Part shown: in pieces, positions 56,145 to 62,015 of the stretch
Layout: every line of letters starts with the position of its first letter
Position numbering within the stretch: position 1 is the first letter of the stretch
NCBI GenBank assembly: GCA_044440125.1
Contig: JBITAJ010000032.1
Location: forward strand, 1-62,015
Direction of reading: 5' to 3'
DNA length: 62,015 bases
From: Sedimentisphaeraceae bacterium JB056
Lineage (GTDB): Bacteria; Planctomycetota; Phycisphaerae; Sedimentisphaerales; Sedimentisphaeraceae
Program-made: the position numbers and the translations under genes
The notes under the pieces: generated by a model
Seen by the model: the letters and a program-made list of their open reading frames with translations, nothing else
Database searches by the model: none
Told to the model about the DNA's origin: nothing

Positions 56145-57359
56145 TCAGAAAGGTTCTTCTGTGTAATAGCTGGTGCTGGAATCCTGATCACCGTAAACCT
56201 GCATTGGAGGTATGCCGACAGGTACGCTGACCTCAATTGAGCAATCGCCTGGTCTTTCGTATCCAAAGAATACATCTCCTCCTAAAAGAGAAATTATTCT
56301 ATGGGCTACAACCGGTGATAATCCCATGTCCTCGGCAATTGTGGAGGCTCTTACTGAAGATTCGATATTGAAAAACTCTTTTGCCTTTATCGGGTCTACA
56401 CAGACATTATCAAGTTTGAAAGAAAGTCTTACTTTCTTTGAGCTCACATTGGCTGCTACCCGCAAGTATTCTTTGTTGAAATTAAAGCATAAAGCAAGCC
56501 TGAATATTATATCAATCGCTTTTTCTACCAAATCACTGCCAAGGCCGTTAATCAACGGGATTTCGTCCTCAGTATCTAAAGCTAATGTTACTCCGTTGTC
56601 CAGAGCTATCTTTTCGAGCAGACCTACAATAAATACAGGCAGGTTATCGCGTTGAAGATAATCGTAAAGGTATGAGTTTAAAAAGACTGCATCATCCAGA
56701 AGGCTGGTCATCCTCTTGCGTCCATTAACGTAAAGCTCAAAAATCTGCGACCATGGCCCTATTTTCGGGCAAATCGTAAAAAGCTCATCGAGTATATTGA
56801 GAAGCCCGCCTGCCTGTGAACGCATTTGATAAGAGATCATATTAAGGAAATCGCTTTTTACGCGGTCAAGGGCTCTTAGTTTCTCGTTGACTTCTGCAAG
56901 CTCACTTGTGCGGCTCCGAACATTTTCATTCAAGGTCTTATTTTGATGTTCGAGTTGACGGCTCAGTTGATATATTTTCAGATGATTTTTAATTCTTGCG
57001 TCAACTTCTTCAAACTGGAACGGCTTTGTTATGTAATCAACGCCGCCAGCCTTGAAACCTTCAATTTTATTAGTGGTTTCTCCGATTACGCTCACAAAAA
57101 TTATGGGAACAGTTGAATATTTCTTGGTTTGTTTTATTGACCTGCAAACTTCGTAACCATCTATGTCGGGCATGTTTATGTCGAGCAGGATAATGTCTGG
57201 CTCTATCTTTTCTATAGCATTAAGAGCCATTCGTCCGTTTGGAATAGCGTATACATCATAGCCACGCCTTAAAAGCATGTTTTGAAGGAGTTTTAGGTTC
57301 TGCGGGGTGTCATCCACAATCATGACACGCCAATTGTCGCTGTTTTTATTCTCTGACAT
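56145..57359 (-). CDS. REC-HisKA-degenerate HATPase protein (His-less pseudokinase)
   Basis: Intact REC (VDD, LDINMP, ITKP); H-box reads ISYQMRSQ; no N/G boxes. Confidence 0.85.
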   Translation of the reverse strand: MSENKNSDNWRVMIVDDTPQNLKLLQNMLLRRGYDVYAIPNGRMALNAIEKIEPDIILLDINMPDIDGYEVCRSIKQTKKYSTVPIIFVSVIGETTNKIEGFKAGGVDYITKPFQFEEVDARIKNHLKIYQLSRQLEHQNKTLNENVRSRTSELAEVNEKLRALDRVKSDFLNMISYQMRSQAGGLLNILDELFTICPKIGPWSQIFELYVNGRKRMTSLLDDAVFLNSYLYDYLQRDNLPVFIVGLLEKIALDNGVTLALDTEDEIPLINGLGSDLVEKAIDIIFRLALCFNFNKEYLRVAANVSSKKVRLSFKLDNVCVDPIKAKEFFNIESSVRASTIAEDMGLSPVVAHRIISLLGGDVFFGYERPGDCSIEVSVPVGIPPMQVYGDQDSSTSYYTEEPF

Positions 57360-57482
57360 TCCACATACCTATAATTTTGCCTCAAAGTGCCGAAAACCAA
57401 ACAATACTCTATGATAATATTAAAATTAATAGCAATTATCAATATTTTAATATAAATAATTACAGAGCTAATGTCGTGCGTT

Positions 57483-58628
57483 TTAGGCTAAAGGCATTAC
57501 GATTTCGAGATATCCTACATCCTGATAGGTGTTAATGAGGTTAACATCTCCACCAAGAAGGGATATGATTCTTTGTGCCACAACAGGTGCCAATCCAAGG
57601 TCTTCTGCGTATGATGATGCTCTTATCGATGATGTAATATCAAAAAAGTTTGCAGCCTCCTCTATAGAAAGGTGCAAGTCGTCTAAATTAAATTTAATGT
57701 GTATGTTTCCATCTTTTTCAAAAATGTCTCCATTTACCGTGTTTTCTGATTTGGTAAAACATACAGCAAGCTTCAACAATGTTTTCATGGCTCTTGTTAC
57801 CAGATCTCCGCCTGGAATAGCAGCGGCTTTTTCTATTGTTGAACAGTCTATTTCCAAATTCCATCCCTGATTTTTTGATGCATTTTCAAATAATTCGGGG
57901 AGAGGTATGTGATTTGTGTCATTTTTGAGGTCACCGGTTTCCAATGAGCCCAGAAGCAGTGCATCGTCAAGGAGTACTTCCATGCGTTTACGACTTTTGT
58001 TATAAGTTTCTTTCAGTTGATTGGTTCTGTCTGATTCAGGGCACATATCAAAAGCAACTGCGGCTAACCCCAGTAGTCCGTTGACCGGAGTTCTCATTTC
58101 ATGGCATATCATGCTTAAAAAGTCACTTTTTACATTATCAAGGCTTTTAAGGTGTTCATTGGCCTGTGCCAATTGAGCAGTTCTTTCTGCAACTTTCTCT
58201 TCGAGGTCCTGATTGCTTTGCTCAAGGGCTTTCTGTAAAAAATGTATTTTTAGGTGTGTCTGAACCCTTGCGTTCACTTCCTCAAACTGAAATGGTTTTG
58301 TGATATAATCAACACCGCCTACCTTAAAAGCGTCTATCTTGTCGGATATTTCATTCAGTGCGCTTAGGAAAACGACGGGCAAATTCTTGAGTTTGGGGTC
58401 TTCTTTCATTCTACGGCAAACTTCATATCCATCCATTCCCGGCATGTTTATGTCAAGCAACATCAGGTCGGGGGGGCTTTTTTGAGCCGCTTTAAGTCCC
58501 ATCTCACCATTTGGCAATGCGAATACCTGATAGCCTCTTTTGCTGAGCATATTTTCAAGAAGCTTTAAGTTCTGAGGTGTATCGTCGACGATCATTATTC
58601 GCCAGTCTTTTTTGTCAAACTCTTCCAT
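57483..58628 (-). CDS. REC-HisKA-degenerate HATPase protein
   Basis: Intact REC; H-box ICHEMRTP; eroded N, G1 and G2 boxes; paralog of 56145-57359. Confidence 0.87.
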   Translation of the reverse strand: MEEFDKKDWRIMIVDDTPQNLKLLENMLSKRGYQVFALPNGEMGLKAAQKSPPDLMLLDINMPGMDGYEVCRRMKEDPKLKNLPVVFLSALNEISDKIDAFKVGGVDYITKPFQFEEVNARVQTHLKIHFLQKALEQSNQDLEEKVAERTAQLAQANEHLKSLDNVKSDFLSMICHEMRTPVNGLLGLAAVAFDMCPESDRTNQLKETYNKSRKRMEVLLDDALLLGSLETGDLKNDTNHIPLPELFENASKNQGWNLEIDCSTIEKAAAIPGGDLVTRAMKTLLKLAVCFTKSENTVNGDIFEKDGNIHIKFNLDDLHLSIEEAANFFDITSSIRASSYAEDLGLAPVVAQRIISLLGGDVNLINTYQDVGYLEIVMPLA

Positions 58629-58839
58629 AAACTTCTCCCGTTTATTCCCGTGTGTTTAACTAACCGCTGTTTTGTTGGTAGCGGAGAATTTTATTTTTTT
58701 CTTCACTATATAATCATTATATTATATAGTTAGAAATATACGATATCATAATTTTTGTTTTTTTGCAATAAATTGGTTTGTATTTTAAGAGAAAGAGAGT
58801 TGAGCGATGGAGGTTCTTGTTGTTATCAATTTATAATCT

Positions 58840-58916
58840 TGTTACAAAAATGTGCGCCCGTATGGGTTTTGTTACAATTTTGTGCGCAATGGCCTGTGTT
58901 TTCACTTTTTTGTAAA
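58840..58916 (+). promoter_or_regulatory. Putative NtrC-type enhancer sites
   Basis: TGTTACAAAAATGTGCG (58840-58856) and TGTTACAATTTTGTGCG (58870-58886), with a weaker third site at 58900; 30-bp period. Confidence 0.6.
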
Positions 58917-59004
58917 CTGTTCTGTTTTTTTGATGTTTATCAAAAACAGCTTTTTCAGAGTTCTAAACAGGCTTTTCCCTTTTTTTTGGAGTTTTATTCT
59001 TTTC

Positions 59005-59020
59005 TGGCACGTTCATTGCT
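59005..59020 (+). promoter_or_regulatory. sigma54 (-24/-12) promoter
   Basis: TGGCACG-TTCA-TTGCT is an exact consensus match, upstream of nitrogen genes. Confidence 0.88.
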
Positions 59021-59098
59021 TTTTAGATATTCGAATCGATTAAAGTTCGAAATTTACGATTTGGTGTTTTAATTTTTTTATAACTTTTTTTCAGGAGT

Positions 59099-59860
59099 AT
59101 GAAGATGCTTAAGAAAATGATGGTAGTGGTAGTGGCAATGATCGTTTCATTTGCCGGAATGGGTCAAGCATTTGAAGCTGATATCGCTGGCGATATTTCA
59201 GTGGATTACAACGGCAAGTATATCTGGCGCGGCCAGTTGCTTAGCGATGACCCGGTTTTACAACCTGGTATTGGGTTTGGGATTGGTAACCTATACCTGA
59301 ATATCTGGGGAAACATGGGTACGACTGAGTACAGTGGTAATTCAGGTGAATTCAATGAAGTTGATTACACCATTGATTACTCAGATGCAATCACGGATGT
59401 ACTCGGCTATTCTATCGGTGCGATCCGTTATGATTTCCCTAACACAGGTTTTGATGCAACAACGGAAATATATGCTGGTCTGAGTCTTGATACTGTATTA
59501 AGCCCTTCAGTAACGGTTTATTACGATATCGATGAAGCAGATGGTGTATACGTCAGCTTTGGTGTAGGTCACAGCATTGATCTTTCAGACACAATGGCTC
59601 TCGACATAAGTGCTGCTCTTGGTTGGGGTGATGAGGATTACAACACCTTCTATTGGGGTGTAGCTGATGATGCTGCTAATGATCTGTCAGTATCTGTTGC
59701 TCTTCCTATCGCTATGGGCGACTGGACACTTACTCCAAGTGTAAACTATGTAAGTCTGATGGACAGCGATCTTAGAGCAAGCAATGCTTACGCTACAAAC
59801 TCAGACAATGACAAGAGCGATTATTTCTATGCTGGTATTGGACTATCAACAGAGTTTTAA
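59099..59860 (+). CDS. Outer-membrane beta-barrel of the Gcw_chp/TorF-like putative porin family
   Basis: Signal peptide, YIWRG, P.LQP, NIWG, EVDY, EIYAG, terminal F; linked to amtB-glnK. Confidence 0.75.
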   Translation: MKMLKKMMVVVVAMIVSFAGMGQAFEADIAGDISVDYNGKYIWRGQLLSDDPVLQPGIGFGIGNLYLNIWGNMGTTEYSGNSGEFNEVDYTIDYSDAITDVLGYSIGAIRYDFPNTGFDATTEIYAGLSLDTVLSPSVTVYYDIDEADGVYVSFGVGHSIDLSDTMALDISAALGWGDEDYNTFYWGVADDAANDLSVSVALPIAMGDWTLTPSVNYVSLMDSDLRASNAYATNSDNDKSDYFYAGIGLSTEF

Positions 59861-59978
59861 TCTAACCTAAAAGCTCCTTGCGTGGCGGTATTGCTACTGG
59901 GTTAATCCGCCACGCATTAAAGAAAGACATAATTGAGTTTTCTAAACCAAACCAATTGGAAAACGAAAGGACAGTAAA

Positions 59979-61316
59979 ATGAAAAACAAGTTACTCCTTA
60001 TTGCCTTATTGCTAATATCAATACTCTCTCTCGTCTCTCCGGCTATGGCTGAAGATCTCAGTGCCGTAGAAGCAGCGAAAGAGGAATTACAAACAAACAT
60101 AAATATCGTATGGACATGTATCGCCGCGTTCCTCGTATTCTTTATGCAGGCCGGCTTTGCTATGGTCGAAACAGGTTTCACACGTGCTAAAAACGCCGTT
60201 AACATTCTTATGAAGAACCTTATGGACTTCTCTGTAGGTACTCTGGTATTCTTCTTCGTAGGTTTTGGCCTTATGTTTGGTGAAACAAACGGTTTCTGCG
60301 GTACAACATTATTCGGCCTTGCAGGCGTTGATTCTACAACAGACTGGAACTGGACTTTCCTTATCTTCCAGACTGTGTTTGCTGCAACAGCTGCGACAAT
60401 CGTCTCAGGTGCAATGGCTGAAAGAACAAAATTTGTAAGCTATCTTGTATACAGTTTCTTTATCTCAATGCTTATCTACCCGATATTCGGTTCATGGGCA
60501 TGGGGCGGACTTCTCGATGGTGGCGGATGGCTTGAAAACGCTGGCTTCCTCGACTTTGCAGGTTCAACTGTAGTACACTCTGTAGGTGGATGGCTTGCTC
60601 TGGCCGGTGCTATAGTACTTGGCCCACGTATTGGAAAATATTCTCCAGATGGCTCACCAAACGCTATCCCTGGTCACAACCTTCCTCTGGCAGCATTGGG
60701 TGTATTTATCCTCTGGTTCGGATGGTTCGGTTTCAACCCAGGTAGTACAACAACAGGCGACGGTTTCATGGGTTACATTGCTGTAACAACAAACCTCGCA
60801 GCAGCAGCCGGTGCAGTAGTAGCTATGATCGTTTCATGGGTTATCTTCAAGAAGGCTGACGGTTCAATGGCTCTTAACGGTGCTTTGGCTGGTCTGGTAG
60901 GTATCACTGCCGGTTGCGATTGTGTAAGCCCAATGGGTGCAATCATCATCGGTATCGTAGCTGGTGCACTGGTAGTTTACAGTGTTCTCTTTATCGACAA
61001 GGTTCTCAAGATTGATGATCCGGTTGGTGCGGTAAGTGTTCACGGCGTATGTGGTGCATGGGGTACACTGGCTATCGGATTGTTCCATACTGAAAGCGGA
61101 ATTTTCTACGGTGGCGGAGTTAAACAGCTTGGAATACAGGCTATGGGTGTCGGAGCAGCATTTGCATGGGCATTCGGAATAGGTCTGGTAATGTTCTTGC
61201 TGATAAAGACAACTATCGGATTGAGAGTATCTGCAGAAGAAGAGCTCAAAGGTCTTGATGTTGGAGAACATGGTATGGAAGCATACTCTGGATTCCAGAT
61301 CTTTACTAACAGCTAA
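59979..61316 (+). CDS. amtB: Ammonium transporter
   Basis: FMQAGF, IVSGAMAER, DFAGSTVVH, WFGWFGFN, DDPVGAVSVHG, E..GLD..EHG..AY. Confidence 0.97.
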   Translation: MKNKLLLIALLLISILSLVSPAMAEDLSAVEAAKEELQTNINIVWTCIAAFLVFFMQAGFAMVETGFTRAKNAVNILMKNLMDFSVGTLVFFFVGFGLMFGETNGFCGTTLFGLAGVDSTTDWNWTFLIFQTVFAATAATIVSGAMAERTKFVSYLVYSFFISMLIYPIFGSWAWGGLLDGGGWLENAGFLDFAGSTVVHSVGGWLALAGAIVLGPRIGKYSPDGSPNAIPGHNLPLAALGVFILWFGWFGFNPGSTTTGDGFMGYIAVTTNLAAAAGAVVAMIVSWVIFKKADGSMALNGALAGLVGITAGCDCVSPMGAIIIGIVAGALVVYSVLFIDKVLKIDDPVGAVSVHGVCGAWGTLAIGLFHTESGIFYGGGVKQLGIQAMGVGAAFAWAFGIGLVMFLLIKTTIGLRVSAEEELKGLDVGEHGMEAYSGFQIFTNS

Positions 61317-61381
61317 ACGGAGGCGGAAATTACCGCTAAGTCAATCTGAAAAAAGCTTAAACAAAGTATGGAGAATAAAAA

Positions 61382-61729
61382 ATGAAATTAATAATAGCAT
61401 ATATCAAGCCTCATAAGCTCGACGCTGTAAAGGAATCACTTTCAGAAAAGAATGTCGCAAAAATGAGTGTAACCAATTCTCTTGGTTGCGGTGCTCAAAA
61501 AGGATATCATGAAAGCTACAGAGGTGTAGGATTTGAAGTAAACCTCCTTAAAAAAGTACGCCTTGAGATAGCAGTCAATGAAGAGTTTCTCGAAACTACC
61601 ATTGATGCTATCATCAAGGGTGCAAAAACGGGAGATGGCGAGATCGGTGACGGTAAAATATTCGTTGTGAACCTGGAGGAATGTATCAGGATCAGGACGG
61701 GTGAAAAAGGTGCCGCTGCGATCGGATAA
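61382..61729 (+). CDS. glnK: P-II nitrogen regulator
   Basis: G.G.QKG, YRG (T-loop Tyr), GDGKIFV, IRIRTGE; directly after amtB. Confidence 0.93.
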   Translation: MKLIIAYIKPHKLDAVKESLSEKNVAKMSVTNSLGCGAQKGYHESYRGVGFEVNLLKKVRLEIAVNEEFLETTIDAIIKGAKTGDGEIGDGKIFVVNLEECIRIRTGEKGAAAIG

Positions 61730-61802
61730 TATAAAAACAAGTCCCTTTTATGGGTTTTGGGTCCTCCAAAGCCCGCTATAGTAACCACACTATCAGTCTA
61801 AA

Positions 61803-61847
61803 GGCCGGAACACTTGCTTTACGCAGGTGTTTCGGCCATCTCTGTTT
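61803..61847 (+). terminator. Probable terminator hairpin after glnK
   Basis: GGCCGGAACACTTGC-TTTAC-GCAGGTGTTTCGGCC followed by a T-containing tail. Confidence 0.55.
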
Positions 61848-62015
61848 TAAAGGCTGTTTTGGTCTCTTCAGATAGCGAGCCATTCCGTTTGTCTTGAAGT
61901 TCTTTACTTTAAATAAGTTATGGTGGTGGCTCAAAAACTTTACCCCAAAATATTGCTGTAAGTCTTTATTTTATGTTGAAATAAGGTGAAGTTTTATTGA
62001 TTTTCTCCCAAAAAA

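Overview
Chromosomal window from an anaerobic-type Planctomycetota bacterium, probably Phycisphaerae/Sedimentisphaerales-like. This is inferred from the prepilin H-X9-DG proteins, a GLUG/dockerin-like protein and a URO-D-family gene. The window appears to span the replication origin. An ~890-bp gene-free region (16940-17828) holds DnaA boxes, a DnaA-trio/GC-motif unwinding element and an AT-rich tract. It has no neighbouring dnaA. It lies between a parB + triple parS locus ~3.8 kb to the left and dnaG-rpoD immediately to the right. Housekeeping genes: gpsA-cmk-plsC, cdaA-cdaR, trxB, tcdA, rlmL-like, dacB, rlmN, proB, hisHF, folB-folK-folM-like, a pgpA-uppP fusion, and a sigma54-driven porin-amtB-glnK operon. 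Sugar-use genes: SSS transporter, GH4, GH36, rhaM. Other systems: a TPR/histidine kinase/SdpI/response regulator locus, a YtrA-regulated ABC operon with a duplicated and diversified membrane-protein pair, and two degenerate REC-HisKA pseudokinases. Non-coding signals of note: a TIR-flanked HUH (RAYT-like) transposase element, two identical GTAG REP palindromes, heptamer-repeat elements sitting at translation starts, and a candidate promoter-driven ~160-nt RNA with a hairpin/pseudoknot switch. No rRNA, tRNA or CRISPR array was seen. All calls come from reading the sequence by eye; no searches were run.
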